DNA from: Nitrosomonadales bacterium
Lineage (GTDB): Bacteria > Pseudomonadota > Gammaproteobacteria > Burkholderiales > SG8-39
Direction: 5' to 3'
DNA: 64,000 nt
NCBI GenBank assembly: GCA_005240145.1
Contig: SBAS01000095.1
Coordinates: forward strand, 14,232-78,231
Position numbers and translations under genes: made by a program. The notes beneath the pieces were generated by a model. That model was not told the DNA's origin, did not search any database, and worked only from the letters and a program-made list of their open reading frames with translations. Shown in pieces: positions 23,808-37,557 of this stretch; the stretch's first letter is position 1, and the number at the start of each line of letters is the position of its first letter.

Positions 23808-25467
23808 GGGCAGGCTTGTCGCGGTCGAACATGCGCTGAATTTGCCATTGTTGAAGGATCGAAAGGATGTTGTTGATGAGCCAGTACAGCACCAGTCCGG
23901 CCGGAAAGAAGAAGAAGAACACGCTGAAAACGAACGGCATGAACTGCATCACCTTCGCCTGCACCGGATCCGGCGGCACCGGGTTGAGGCGCGTCTGGAT
24001 GACCATGGTGATGGTCATCAGGATCGGCAGGACGTAGTAGGGATCCAGCGCCGACAGGTCCTGGATCCACAGCACGAACGGCGCGTGGCGCAACTCGATC
24101 GCCGCGAGCAGCACCCAGTAGAGCGCGATGAACACCGGGATCTGCACCAGGATCGGGAAGCAACCGCCCAGCGGATTGATCTTCTCGGTCTTGTAGAGCT
24201 CCATCATCGCCTGGTTCATCTTGGCACGGTCGTGCTCGTACATTTCCCGGATCTTGGTCATGCGCGGGGTGATCAGCTTCATTTTCGCCATCGACTTGTA
24301 GCTGGCGGCGGAAAGCGGAAAGAACACCAGCTTGATCAGCACGGTGAGCAGGATGATCGCGACTCCCCAGTTGCCGGACAGGAGGTGGAACTTCTCCAGC
24401 AGCCAGAACAGCGGCCAGGCGATGATCGTGAGCCAGCCATAATCGACCACCAGGTCGAAACCCGGCGCCACCGCAAGGAGGCGATTTTGTTCCTGCGGAC
24501 CGGCATACAGAGGCACCGCGACCGTGGTGCTGGCACCTGGTGCGATCGTGCCGGCCGCGATCAGCGCGCGGCCGACATAGACGCCGTCGGCGCGCTTTTC
24601 CAACGCGTACTCCCGCGCCGCCTTGGCGGGCGGCAGCCAGGCGGCGACGAAATAATGCTGCACATAGGCAAGCCAGCCGTCGCTTGCCTGCTTGAGGAAT
24701 TCCGCCTTGCCCTTGTCGACATCGGTGAGCTGTACTTTCTCGAACTTCTTCTCTTCGCTGTAGACCGCGTAGCCGTTGAAGCTCTGTGCGCCGAAAGTCT
24801 CCGCGACCGCATTGGCGTCCGCCGAAGACTTGCCGTCGTGCGTCAACTGAAAATAGGTATACGGCGCGAGCGCAGCGGCGCCGGTGTTGGCGATCTCCAG
24901 CGCCACATCGATGACGTAGCTGTCGCGCTTGAAGCGGTAGATCTTGGTTGCCGCAAGCCCGTCCTTGCCCTGCGCCGTAAGGCGCACTTCCACCGCGTCC
25001 TGGCCCTCGGCGAGGGTGGTATTGCCGGGTTGCACGCTCCACGGGGTGCGGTGATTCGGTCCGCTCTCGCCGGTCAGCCCGCTTTGCGCCTCATAGCGAT
25101 GCTCGGGTCCGAGCAGGACCAGATTCTTGGCGGAATTCTTGGCTTCCTTGTGTTTGAGGAACTCGACTCGCGTCAAGCTGGCGCCCAGGGTATTGATTTC
25201 GGCGACCATCAGGTCGGTGCGCACCACGATGCGCTCGCCCTTGGCCGCGGCAGCGGCCGCGCCAGGCACGCCGCCGTCGGCCGGCCGTGGCGATGGAGCT
25301 GCCGGCGTAACGGCCTTGCCGGCTGGCGTCGGCACCGTCGTCGCAGACGGCGTTTGCGCCTGTACCTGCGGCGGGGGCTTGGGCCGGTGCTCTTTTTCCC
25401 AGGCATCCCACAGCATGAGCAGCGAGAAGCCGAAAATGAAAAACAGAATGAGCCGTTGCGTATCCAT
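23794..25467 (-). CDS. yidC: Membrane protein insertase YidC
   Basis: 557 aa. N-terminal TM, large periplasmic domain and a conserved C-terminal five-TM core (GCFPILVQIPVFIALY...PAGLVLYW). Confidence 0.95.
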   Translation of the reverse strand: MDTQRLILFFIFGFSLLMLWDAWEKEHRPKPPPQVQAQTPSATTVPTPAGKAVTPAAPSPRPADGGVPGAAAAAAKGERIVVRTDLMVAEINTLGASLTRVEFLKHKEAKNSAKNLVLLGPEHRYEAQSGLTGESGPNHRTPWSVQPGNTTLAEGQDAVEVRLTAQGKDGLAATKIYRFKRDSYVIDVALEIANTGAAALAPYTYFQLTHDGKSSADANAVAETFGAQSFNGYAVYSEEKKFEKVQLTDVDKGKAEFLKQASDGWLAYVQHYFVAAWLPPAKAAREYALEKRADGVYVGRALIAAGTIAPGASTTVAVPLYAGPQEQNRLLAVAPGFDLVVDYGWLTIIAWPLFWLLEKFHLLSGNWGVAIILLTVLIKLVFFPLSAASYKSMAKMKLITPRMTKIREMYEHDRAKMNQAMMELYKTEKINPLGGCFPILVQIPVFIALYWVLLAAIELRHAPFVLWIQDLSALDPYYVLPILMTITMVIQTRLNPVPPDPVQAKVMQFMPFVFSVFFFFFPAGLVLYWLINNILSILQQWQIQRMFDRDKPAHAKR

Positions 25468-25706
25468 TAGCCGCGCTGCGCGTTGCCGTTCGGCGGTACC
25501 GGATCAAAGCCGCCGGCGTGCCATGGCGCGCAGCGGCAAAGGCGGCGCGCCGTCAACCAGCCGCCCCGCAGCGCACCGTGATCCTGCAACGCACGCTCCG
25601 CATACGCCGAGCAGCTGGGATAGAACCGGCAGGCAGGGGGCAGCAGCGGGCTGATGAAATAGCGGTAGCCGCGAACCGTCGCCCCCAATACGCCTTTCAG
25701 TGTCAC
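25467..25706 (-). CDS. yidD: Membrane protein insertion efficiency factor YidD
   Basis: [23 protein letters not shown] motif; GTG start overlapping the rnpA stop. Confidence 0.9.
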   Translation of the reverse strand: MTLKGVLGATVRGYRYFISPLLPPACRFYPSCSAYAERALQDHGALRGGWLTARRLCRCAPWHAGGFDPVPPNGNAQRG

Positions 25707-26074
25707 GTTCGTTGCCTCAATCCAGTGAAAATTTCACGCAGGCGCGCCAGCATCGGCGCACCGGGCTTCGCTCCGTAGGGCGGACGCACCAGGATGTCCA
25801 GCGCGCCCAGCGCCGCCTGTTCCATGCGGAACGCCTCGCGGATGCAGCGTTTGATTCGATTGCGCACGGTCGCCCTTGCCGCGTGGCGGCGCGAGATGAG
25901 GATGCCCAGCCGCGGCGGACCGTTTACGCGCATCAGGAAGTACAACGCATACCCCGACTGGCTCTTGCGCGAACCCTCGCCCAGCAGGCGCTCGAAGTCC
26001 GCTTTCCTGACGAGCCGCCTTTGCGCGCCGAGCCCGAAGCGTGACGGACGTGCCTGCTCCGAGTTCCGCGGCAC
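25703..26074 (-). CDS. rnpA: RNase P protein component
   Basis: Basic 123-aa protein with the RNR-like motif ([16 protein letters not shown]), located between rpmH and yidD. The GTG start is approximate. Confidence 0.85.
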   Translation of the reverse strand: MPRNSEQARPSRFGLGAQRRLVRKADFERLLGEGSRKSQSGYALYFLMRVNGPPRLGILISRRHAARATVRNRIKRCIREAFRMEQAALGALDILVRPPYGAKPGAPMLARLREIFTGLRQRT

Positions 26075-26087
26075 GCCGGGCGCAGGC

Positions 26088-26228
26088 CTACACGGCCAGG
26101 CGCTTCCGTCCCTTTGCGCGGCGCGCGCGCAGCACCGCGCGCCCGTGAGCCGTGCGGCTGCGCACCAGAAAACCGTGCGTTCTTGCGCGTCGCGTCTTGG
26201 ATGGCTGGTAGGTTCGCTTCTGCTTCAT
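26088..26228 (-). CDS. rpmH: 50S ribosomal protein L34
   Basis: Below the ORF-track cutoff. Manual translation: [46 protein letters not shown] (46 aa). Confidence 0.95.
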   Translation of the reverse strand: MKQKRTYQPSKTRRARTHGFLVRSRTAHGRAVLRARRAKGRKRLAV

Positions 26229-26256
26229 CGGCCCGCTCGATCGGAAAAAGGGCGGT

Positions 26257-26286
26257 ATTAGAGCCCGCGCGCCGAAGCCTTGTCAA
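26257..26286 (-). promoter_or_regulatory. Sigma70-type promoter of rpmH-rnpA
   Basis: Minus strand reads TTGACA (26286-26281), 18-nt spacer, TCTAAT (26262-26257). It lies 28 nt upstream of the rpmH ATG. Confidence 0.5.
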
Positions 26287-26310
26287 ATCTACTTTTTTTG
26301 TCGCCGGCCC

Positions 26311-26319
26311 CGTGGATAA
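26311..26319. promoter_or_regulatory. DnaA box (8/9)
   Basis: CGTGGATAA versus TGTGGATAA. It overlaps a possible dnaA -35 (TGGATA), with TAAAAT at 26336-26341. Confidence 0.5.
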
Positions 26320-26413
26320 CGCGATGCGAAAAGGGTAAAATCCGGTCTCACGGGCGCTCTCAAAAAAGCCCAACCAAAGCCTCCAACCCATCGCGCAAGG
26401 AATACGCTCCAAG

Positions 26414-27766
26414 ATGCACAATCTCTGGCACGCTTGCCAGCGCAGCCTGGGGCAGGAAGTGCCCGCGCAGCAGTTCAGCACCTGGATCCGTCCCTTGACG
26501 CCCGAGTCAAGCGCGGCCGACTCCGGCACGCTGATCCTCACCGCACCGAACCGCTTCGTGCTTGAAGTGGTACGCAGCCGTTTCCTTGCCCGCATCGCAC
26601 GTCTCGCCGCGGAGTTGGGCGGCCGCGAAATCGACGTGAAACTGGTGCTCGCCCCCGCCCTGGCCGCCGACACCGCGGCGCGCGCGCCTGTGGTGGCGCC
26701 GGCGCCAGCGGCTCCTCGCCCGCGCGCCGCGGCCGTGACGCCGGATCGCGCGCGGCTCAACCACAACTTCAATTTCGACAATTTCGTCACCGGCAAGGCC
26801 AACCAACTGGCGCGCGCGGCGGCGCTGCAGGTGGCCGAAAACCCCGGCGTTTCCTACAACCCCTTGTTCATTTATGGCGGCGTCGGTCTGGGCAAGACCC
26901 ACCTGGTGCAGGCGATCGGCAACCGTTTGTGCAGCGAGCGCCCGCAGGCGCGGGTGCGCTACATCCATGCCGAGCAGTACGTCACCGACGTGGTGCGCGC
27001 CTACCAGCAGAAGTCCTTCGAGAAATTCAAGCGCTACTACCATTCGCTCGACCTGCTGCTCATCGACGATATCCAGTTTTTCTCGAACAAGGACCGCACC
27101 CAGGAAGAATTCTTCTATGCCTTTAACGCCCTGGTCGACGCGCACAAGCAGGTCGTCATCACCTGCGACACCTACCCCAAGGAAATTGCCGGCATGCAGG
27201 AGCGCCTGATCTCGCGCTTCAGTTGGGGCCTGACCGTGGCGATCGAACCGCCGGAGCTCGAGATGCGGGTGGCGATCGTTCTCAAGAAGGCGGAAGCCGA
27301 CGCGCTCGAACTGGCCGAAGACATCGCGTTCTTCATCGCCAAGCACATCCGCTCCAACGTGCGCGAGCTGGAAGGCGCGCTGAAGAAGGTGCTTGCCTTT
27401 GCGCGCTTCACGGGCCGGGAGCTGTCGCTGGAGCTCGCGCGCGAAGCGCTGCGCGACATCCTCCACATCGCCAACCGCCAGATCAACGTCGAGGGAATAC
27501 AGATGATCGTGGCGGAGTACTTCAAGATCAAGATTTCCGACATGCACTCGAAGCGCCGCAACCGCAACATCGCCCGGCCGCGCCAGATGGCGATGGCATT
27601 GGCGAAGGATCTGACCCAGATGAGCCTGCCGGAGATCGGTGAGGCCTTCGGCAACCGCGATCACACCACCGTGCTGCACGCCTGTCGCACGATCGCCTCG
27701 CTGCGCAAGCAGGACACCAGCCTGAACCGCAACTACCACCTGCTCGAACAGGTGCTCAAGGGGTGA
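26414..27766 (+). CDS. dnaA: Chromosomal replication initiator DnaA
   Basis: 450 aa with AAA+ Walker [11 protein letters not shown] and the C-terminal DnaA-box-binding domain ([15 protein letters not shown]). Confidence 0.97.
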   Translation: MHNLWHACQRSLGQEVPAQQFSTWIRPLTPESSAADSGTLILTAPNRFVLEVVRSRFLARIARLAAELGGREIDVKLVLAPALAADTAARAPVVAPAPAAPRPRAAAVTPDRARLNHNFNFDNFVTGKANQLARAAALQVAENPGVSYNPLFIYGGVGLGKTHLVQAIGNRLCSERPQARVRYIHAEQYVTDVVRAYQQKSFEKFKRYYHSLDLLLIDDIQFFSNKDRTQEEFFYAFNALVDAHKQVVITCDTYPKEIAGMQERLISRFSWGLTVAIEPPELEMRVAIVLKKAEADALELAEDIAFFIAKHIRSNVRELEGALKKVLAFARFTGRELSLELAREALRDILHIANRQINVEGIQMIVAEYFKIKISDMHSKRRNRNIARPRQMAMALAKDLTQMSLPEIGEAFGNRDHTTVLHACRTIASLRKQDTSLNRNYHLLEQVLKG

Positions 27767-27791
27767 AGCTGTGCACATGAATGGGATGGTT

Positions 27792-27800
27792 TGTGGATAA
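27792..27800. promoter_or_regulatory. DnaA box (9/9 consensus)
   Basis: TGTGGATAA, 26 nt after the dnaA stop. A weaker 7/9 box TTATACAGA lies at 27913-27921. Confidence 0.65.
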
Positions 27801-27932
27801 GGCCTGTTTGCGCAATCGCCGCCCAAACTACACACAACGAGTCACAGCCTTCTACCTAAACAGTACACGGCCGCAGAGAAGCCAAGCTACCGGTTCGCAA
27901 CGGTTTTCAGGCTTATACAGAAATCGCGCCCG

Positions 27933-27975
27933 CTCTATTAGTTGTTACTAGGTATTTATAGAGAAAAGAAGGAAC
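27933..27975. other. AT-rich stretch (candidate DNA unwinding element or dnaN promoter region)
   Basis: CTCTATTAGTTGTTACTAGGTATTTATAGAGAAAAGAAGG is one of the few strongly AT-rich stretches I noticed in this GC-rich window (others lie around 19195-19240 and 36950-37050). It lies directly upstream of dnaN. Confidence 0.35.
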
Positions 27976-27979
27976 AACA

Positions 27980-31533
<3,554 letters not shown>

Positions 31534-34083
31534 CTAGGATTTCTTTTTCTTCTTTGCCGGCGTCTTTTTCCTGGACGCGGTTTTTGGCGCCGATTTCTTG
31601 AGCGGTTTCTCCGCGACAGCTTCCTTCGGCGTTGGCGCCTTGCCGGGTTTTTCCGCTCGGGGCAGGAACTCGAAGCCGATCTTGCCTTGCGGTGTCTTCA
31701 CCAGAAAGGCCTTGAATTTCCGGTTCTTCTTCGACATGAAACCGGTCAGCAGATCCGTGCGTCCGGTGGCGAGCAGCTTTTGCATCTGCGCCCGTTCGAC
31801 CGGCTGCTGCAGGATCATGCGGCCGGAACGGAAGTCGCAGCTGCGCTGCGGTCCGACCGATTTCTCGCATACGTACGACACGCTGTGCTCGAACACGCGC
31901 GCAGCGCACTTCGGGCAGTTGCCGAGCGCCTCCTGGCCCGAGAAATCGACCGGCGCATCGCTGTCCGACCCCGCGCCCTGGCCGAAGTCGAACTCGATCT
32001 TGAAATCGGCGTTCAGTTTCAGTCCTGCCGAGAACGGCCTGCCCTGCTTGCTGCGAAAACCGCTCAGCGGGCCGATGAACTTCTTCGTCACCAGCTCGGC
32101 GACTTCCTCGGGCGACCAGTCGCGCCCGAGCAGCACGGGCCAGATGTAGAAATCGCAGGCCTGGCACTGGAACTTGCGGTAGGTTTCCTGGATCACGCCG
32201 CCGCATTTCGGGCAGGGCGCGGCGACGGTGGCGAAGGCCTCTTCCGGGATCGTCCCGGTCTTGACGCGTTTCACCAGGTCCCGGGCTACCTGCTCGATGT
32301 GCCGCATGAATTTCTCGCGCGGCAGCTTCGCCTGCTCCATCTGCTTGAGCTTGAACTCCCAGTCGCCGGTGAGCTCAGGTGAAGTGATTTCATCGACGCC
32401 GAAATGCCGCAGGGCGAAAAAGAGGCGAAACGCCTTCCAGGTCGGCTTGAGTTCGCGGTTGAGGCGCTCGACGTACTTTTCGTAGATCAGGCCTTCGATG
32501 ACCGCGGCGCGCGTGGCCGGCGTACCGAGCCCCTTCACCCCCATCGCTTCGCGCAGTTCGTCGTCCTCGACGAGCTTGCCCGCGCCCTCCATGGCCGAAA
32601 GCAGCGTTGCCTCGTTGAAGCGGGCGGGTGGGCGCGTCTGGTTGGCCGTCGCGTTGGCTTCCAGCGTCTTCACCTTCTCGCCCTGGGTGATCGCGGGCAG
32701 CGTGACGGTCTCCTCCTGCAGTCCCTTGCCGTACACCGCAAGCCAGCCGGGGTTCTGCATGACGCGCCCGTCGGTCCGGAACTGCTCTTCGCTCACCGTG
32801 GTGATCCGCGTCGTTTGCAGGAATTCTGCCGAAGGGAAGAAGACAGCGAGGAAGCGCCGCACCACCAGGTCGTAGAGCTTCGCCTCGGGCTCGCTCAGGT
32901 GGCCCGGGGTCTGCAGCGTCGGGATGATCGCGAAGTGATCCGAAATCTTGCTGTTGTCGAAAATCCGCCGGCTTGGCTTCACCCAGCCGCCCTTGAGTAC
33001 TTCCTTGGCGAAGGGCGCGAACTCCTTGACCCCGGCAAGCGCGCTCATCGTCTTCTTGACCGTGGCGATGTAATCCTCAGGCAGCGCGCGCGCGTCGGTT
33101 CTGGGATAGGTGAGCGCCTTGTGGCGCTCGTAAAGGGACTGCGCGAGCGACAGCGTGCCCTTGGCCGAGAAGCCGAAGCGCCCGTTGGCTTCGCGCTGCA
33201 GGCTGGTCAGGTCGTAGAGCAGCGGCGAGGCCTGGGTCGTCGGCTTGGTCTCTTCGGTGACCGTGCCCTGCTTGCCGGCGCAGGCCGCCGCGATCGCGGC
33301 AGCCCGCTCTGACTTCCAAAGGCGCTCCGCCTTGCGCTCGGGATCATCGTCCTTCTTGAATGCCGGGTCGAACCAGCGCCCCGTGTATTCTCCGGCCTGC
33401 GCGCTGAAGCGAGCATGCACTTCCCAATAATCGCGCGGCTGGAAGGCGCGGATCTTCTCCTCGCGCTCGACCAGGATCGCCAGCGTCGGCGTTTGCACCC
33501 GTCCCACCGTGGTGAGATAGAAGCCGCCTTCCTTCGAATTGAACGCGGTCATCGCGCGCGTGCCGTTGATGCCGACCAGCCAGTCGGCTTCCGAGCGCGA
33601 TTTCGCGGCGTCGGCGAGCGGCAGCAGGTCGCTGTCCAGGCGCAGCGAGGCGAAGCCGTCGCGGATCGCCGATTGCGTCATCGACTGCAGCCACAGCCGC
33701 TCGATCGGCTTCTTGGTTTTCGCGTACTGCGCGATGTAGCGGAAGATCAGCTCGCCTTCGCGCCCCGCATCGCAGGCGTTGACGATGCCGGAGACGTCCT
33801 TGCGCTTGAGCAGCTTGAGCAGGACATTGAGGCGCGCCTCGCTCATTTCGATCGGCGCCAGATCGAAGTGCGGCGGCACCACCGGCAGATTGGCGAAGGA
33901 CCACTTGCCCTTCTTGACGTCGTGCTCCGGCGGCAGCGTGAGTGCGAGCAGATGCCCGACGGCGGAGGACAATACGTACTTGTCGCTTTCGAAATACTCG
34001 CCCTTGCGCGTGAATCCGCCCAGCGCGCGCGATATGTCGGCGGCGACAGACGGTTTCTCGGCGATGATGAGCTTCTTCTGCAT
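31534..34083 (-). CDS. topB: Type IA DNA topoisomerase, topoisomerase III-like, with C-terminal zinc ribbons and Lys-rich tail
   Basis: KLIIAEKPSVA Toprim start, DAGREGELIF, ADWLVGINGTRA...VGRVQTPTL (TopB-like), two CxxC...C ribbons, tail KKTPAKKKKKS. Start at the internal ATG 34083. Confidence 0.85.
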   Translation of the reverse strand: MQKKLIIAEKPSVAADISRALGGFTRKGEYFESDKYVLSSAVGHLLALTLPPEHDVKKGKWSFANLPVVPPHFDLAPIEMSEARLNVLLKLLKRKDVSGIVNACDAGREGELIFRYIAQYAKTKKPIERLWLQSMTQSAIRDGFASLRLDSDLLPLADAAKSRSEADWLVGINGTRAMTAFNSKEGGFYLTTVGRVQTPTLAILVEREEKIRAFQPRDYWEVHARFSAQAGEYTGRWFDPAFKKDDDPERKAERLWKSERAAAIAAACAGKQGTVTEETKPTTQASPLLYDLTSLQREANGRFGFSAKGTLSLAQSLYERHKALTYPRTDARALPEDYIATVKKTMSALAGVKEFAPFAKEVLKGGWVKPSRRIFDNSKISDHFAIIPTLQTPGHLSEPEAKLYDLVVRRFLAVFFPSAEFLQTTRITTVSEEQFRTDGRVMQNPGWLAVYGKGLQEETVTLPAITQGEKVKTLEANATANQTRPPARFNEATLLSAMEGAGKLVEDDELREAMGVKGLGTPATRAAVIEGLIYEKYVERLNRELKPTWKAFRLFFALRHFGVDEITSPELTGDWEFKLKQMEQAKLPREKFMRHIEQVARDLVKRVKTGTIPEEAFATVAAPCPKCGGVIQETYRKFQCQACDFYIWPVLLGRDWSPEEVAELVTKKFIGPLSGFRSKQGRPFSAGLKLNADFKIEFDFGQGAGSDSDAPVDFSGQEALGNCPKCAARVFEHSVSYVCEKSVGPQRSCDFRSGRMILQQPVERAQMQKLLATGRTDLLTGFMSKKNRKFKAFLVKTPQGKIGFEFLPRAEKPGKAPTPKEAVAEKPLKKSAPKTASRKKTPAKKKKKS

Positions 34084-34181
34084 GCGGGGGCGCGAAGGAT
34101 ACCCGCAAAGCGCGGGCCCCATCAACTTCGGGAAAAAACTACGCGCGCGCGCGGGAATCTCAACTCGGCGAGCACGTGCTG

Positions 34182-34227
34182 GTCAGGACGGCAAGCGTGC
34201 CGTTGTCAGGACGGCAAGCGTGCCATT
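34182..34227. repeat. Tandem 23-bp direct duplication (22/23 identical)
   Basis: GTCAGGACGGCAAGCGTGCCGTT / GTCAGGACGGCAAGCGTGCCATT. The second copy contains the smg stop codon and its last 7 codons. Confidence 0.9.
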
Positions 34228-34664
34228 GTTGGCGACAGCAGATCCTCGGCAACCAGGCGGCTGCTGGGAATCTGCTGGTTCCAGAGCACCATCAGCACGA
34301 CAAGCTTCAGCTGCTCGATGGTAAGGCGCTCGCCGGTGGCCGCCAGCGCCCGCTCGATGACGTATTCGCGTGTCTGGGCGTTGAGGATCCCGGCCTGCTC
34401 GAAATAGATCAGCAGGCCGCGGCATTCGGCGTCGAGACGGGCGAGTTCCTTGGGCGCATAGGCGCGAAACGCGGCGCCGGTGTCCGGTAGCGCGGCGAAG
34501 GAGCGGTGCGGGCCGCGCGCCACGCCAGCCAGCCAACTGAGCGCCTCGCTGATGTCCGATTCTTCGAAGCCGGCCGCGGAGAGCTTCTTCGCGACGCGTT
34601 CTTTCTCGTTCGATACTTCGTGCTGCTGGCAGTTCTCGAACAGGTAAACGAGGATGTCGTACAT
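34206..34664 (-). CDS. smg: Smg protein (DUF494)
   Basis: MYDILVYLFENC... is the conserved Smg N-terminus. 152 aa, dprA-smg synteny, SD GAGGAG upstream. Confidence 0.9.
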   Translation of the reverse strand: MYDILVYLFENCQQHEVSNEKERVAKKLSAAGFEESDISEALSWLAGVARGPHRSFAALPDTGAAFRAYAPKELARLDAECRGLLIYFEQAGILNAQTREYVIERALAATGERLTIEQLKLVVLMVLWNQQIPSSRLVAEDLLSPTMARLPS

Positions 34665-34701
34665 TGTTTTTCTCTCCTCAGTTGAGTCTTCGATCGGGCC
34701 C

Positions 34702-35805
34702 TTAGTTTAGTCGCTGATACAAGCCGCCCGGTAGAACGGTGATGCGGCCGGCGAGTTCCAGGCGCAGCAAATCGGCGGATACTCTTTCGGCGGGCAGCCC
34801 GGCGCGCGCACACAACGAATCCACGTCGACCGGATCGAATCCCATGCAGGCGAGCAACGGCTCTTCTGCGCCGCCCGGCGGTGCGGCCGCAGCGTTCGGC
34901 GCCGCACGGGTGGATGCAAAACCGGTGCGGCGGAAGGCCGACAGTTCGGCAAGTACGTCCTCGGCCGACTCGGCGAGCTTGGCGCCGGACTTGATCAGCG
35001 CATGGCAGCCCTTCGAGAGCGGCGAATGGATCGAGCCGGGTACGGCGAAGACCTCGCGACCCTGCTCGGCGGCAGCGCGCGCGGTGATGAGCGAGCCTGA
35101 AGCGAGCGCGGCCTCGATGACCAGGCAACCCTGCGCCAGGCCGCTGATGAGGCGGTTGCGCCGCGGGAAATTGTGTGCCAGCGCCTTGGTGCCGAGCGCG
35201 AACTCGGACAGCAGCAGGCCGCGCGTGGCGATTTCGGCCGCCAGTGCCGCGTTCCCCGGCGGATAGAGGATGTCGGCGCCGGTTCCCAGCACCGCGATGG
35301 TCGATCCCTCGCCCGCGAGGGCACCGCGGTGCGCGGCCGCGTCGATCCCCTGGGCCAGGCCCGAGACGATGCTGAGGCCGGCGTTGCTGAAGCTGCGCGC
35401 GAACTGCTCCGCGTTGCTGTTGCCCTGGGCAGTGGCGTTCCTGCTGCCGACCACCGCGAGCGCTGGGCGATTGAGCAGTTCCGTGCGTCCGCGGCAGTAA
35501 AGGACGGCGGGGGGATCCGTGATTTCGAGCAGCAGCCTGGGGTAGGCTGCATCGGCGAGCGTGACGATGCTGTTTCCCGGCTGCTCCAGCCACGCCAGCG
35601 TGCGGGCCACCGCGCTCGCTACCGCGTCCGAATCCAGGGCGCGCAACGCCTCTGCGCTCGCGTAGCGCGCGAGTTCGGTGCGGCTGGCGGCGATGACCTT
35701 TTCGGGGAGTCCGAACTGCGACAGCAGCTTGCGGATGGTTGCGGCACCGAGGCCCGGCGCGAGGGTAAGTTGCAGCCAGCTCGCCAGCCCCGGGTCGGAA
35801 ATCAT
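34702..35805 (-). CDS. dprA: DNA processing protein DprA (Smf)
   Basis: 367 aa, Rossmann-like DprA core (VVGSRNATAQG...GLAQGIDAAAHRGAL...GSLITAR). Confidence 0.9.
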   Translation of the reverse strand: MISDPGLASWLQLTLAPGLGAATIRKLLSQFGLPEKVIAASRTELARYASAEALRALDSDAVASAVARTLAWLEQPGNSIVTLADAAYPRLLLEITDPPAVLYCRGRTELLNRPALAVVGSRNATAQGNSNAEQFARSFSNAGLSIVSGLAQGIDAAAHRGALAGEGSTIAVLGTGADILYPPGNAALAAEIATRGLLLSEFALGTKALAHNFPRRNRLISGLAQGCLVIEAALASGSLITARAAAEQGREVFAVPGSIHSPLSKGCHALIKSGAKLAESAEDVLAELSAFRRTGFASTRAAPNAAAAPPGGAEEPLLACMGFDPVDVDSLCARAGLPAERVSADLLRLELAGRITVLPGGLYQRLN

Positions 35806-35841
35806 GCCGGCGGCCCGCTCCGGCAGAACTCTTCGCTGCGC

Positions 35842-36903
35842 TTAGGGATTTTGTACAAGATCCAGCTTGTTGACCGGTTTCGAGATGGACATCACCAGCG
35901 CATAGGATACGCGGTCGAAGACGCGAAACACAAACGCGATGCCGTAGCGTTCGCTGGGCAGGGTGAGTGGCGCGCTGCCGGAATTCCTCGAGCGCGTCGC
36001 GTCGGCGACCGTCGCACCGGGACGGTAGAGCGCGACGACGTTGCCGACTTCCACGCCCTGAGATTTGCCGACATTGATGGCGATGATCGAATTGTTGCCG
36101 TACTCGCCGACGCGCGTATCCCGGCCGTAAAGGGAGATGATGCGGCCCTTGACGTTGGCGGACGGCGCGCGCGGCGCATAACTCGGGATATCGGCCTTGC
36201 CCGCCGCCACCAGCTTGTCGCCGACACCAATTTCTTGCGTTACCGCGGAAAACACCACGACGGCGGGATCGCCGGCCCGCACCACGGTCGCGTTACCCAG
36301 GTAAATCGCCTCGTAGCCGAGCGTGGTCTGCGTGTCCGGATCGATCAGGGCCGGGCCGCGCCGGTAGACGAGCCAGGACGCGATGTTGGAGCCGCCGATG
36401 CCGCGCACGAAGGCGCGGTTGCCATTCTCCAGGACAACGCGCGAATCCTCCGCGGCGACGATGGTGGGCGCGTTCTCCAGGCCGTCGGGTTCGATGACCA
36501 GGGGACGCGTCAGGAACGGCTCGATGAGCTGCGGCGGGATGCTTGGCACCACGGTGTGCGCAATCGACTCGGCGCGCACCCGCGGACTCAGCTTGACCGT
36601 GTCCGCAACCGCAAGTTGACCGCGAGCGCGGTCCAGCACGATGACGTTGCCGGGGTAAATGCGATGCGGATTCTTGATTTCGTCCTTGTTCAGGTTCCAC
36701 AGCTCGCTCCAGCGCCAGGGCGAATCCGTATATCGCTGCGCGATCGACCACAGGGTGTCTCCCGGCACCACGACGTAGCGCGCGGGGGCGTCCGGTTTCA
36801 TCGCCAGGGGAGTTTTCGGCGCCTGCGCCAGGGCCCCGGCCGAGAGCGCTCCGGTGAGGACAAAAGCCAGCGTTGTGATAGACTTACGCCATTGTTGGTA
36901 CAT
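35842..36903 (-). CDS. LysM domain peptidoglycan-binding protein (secreted)
   Basis: Signal peptide (ITTLAFVLTGALSAGALAQA) and LysM (YVVVPGDTLWSIAQRY). Conserved neighbour of dprA and def. Start at the internal ATG 36903. Confidence 0.8.
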   Translation of the reverse strand: MYQQWRKSITTLAFVLTGALSAGALAQAPKTPLAMKPDAPARYVVVPGDTLWSIAQRYTDSPWRWSELWNLNKDEIKNPHRIYPGNVIVLDRARGQLAVADTVKLSPRVRAESIAHTVVPSIPPQLIEPFLTRPLVIEPDGLENAPTIVAAEDSRVVLENGNRAFVRGIGGSNIASWLVYRRGPALIDPDTQTTLGYEAIYLGNATVVRAGDPAVVVFSAVTQEIGVGDKLVAAGKADIPSYAPRAPSANVKGRIISLYGRDTRVGEYGNNSIIAINVGKSQGVEVGNVVALYRPGATVADATRSRNSGSAPLTLPSERYGIAFVFRVFDRVSYALVMSISKPVNKLDLVQNP

Positions 36904-37046
36904 AGAGCCCCCGATCGGTGGCTGACATTCCGGGCCGGTTGAGATTGCGGTTTGCGTACCCAAATGTAGCATAAAGCCAAAACTGTTTAACCACAGCCTG
37001 AGATACTGCGCGTAATCGATTCAATTTGCAAGCAAATTACTGATTT

Positions 37047-37550
37047 ATGGCCCTTCTGAACATCCTTCGATACCCGGACGCTCGCCTGCACAAGTTGGCG
37101 GTGCCGGTGACCGTTTTCGACGAGCCGCTGAAGCGGTTCGTCGCCGACCTCGCCGAAACGATGTACGAGGCGCCCGGCATCGGCCTTGCGGCCACCCAGG
37201 TCGATGTGCACCGCCAGCTGATCGTGATCGACGTGTCCGAGCGCCGCGATTCGCTCGTGGTGCTGATCAATCCCGAGATCGTGGAGGCGAGCGGCGTGTC
37301 GGATATCGAGGAGGGCTGCCTTTCGGTGCCCGGGATCTACGACACCTTGGAGCGCGTCGAGCGCGTCAAGGTGCGCGCCCACGACCAGAACGGCAAGCTC
37401 TTCACGCTCGAGGCGCAGGGTCTGCTCGCGGTGTGCATCCAGCATGAAATGGATCACTTGAAGGGCAAGGTGTTCGTCGAGAGCCTCTCGCAGCTCAAGC
37501 AGCAGCGCATCCGCGCGCGACTCGCGAAGCAGCTTCGCAAGAGCGCCTGA
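37047..37550 (+). CDS. def: Peptide deformylase
   Basis: [17 protein letters not shown] and QHEMDHL metal-binding motifs; 167 aa. Confidence 0.95.
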   Translation: MALLNILRYPDARLHKLAVPVTVFDEPLKRFVADLAETMYEAPGIGLAATQVDVHRQLIVIDVSERRDSLVVLINPEIVEASGVSDIEEGCLSVPGIYDTLERVERVKVRAHDQNGKLFTLEAQGLLAVCIQHEMDHLKGKVFVESLSQLKQQRIRARLAKQLRKSA

Positions 37551-37557
37551 TCCTTTC

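Noticed and set aside
34171-34180. Extra parS candidates containing a CACGTG core: AGCACGTGCT at 34171-34180 and TTCACGTGG at 52512-52520.
   Set aside because: Only the central hexamer or one half-site matches, and the flanking TGTT/AACA arms are absent. The second candidate lies inside a coding region.
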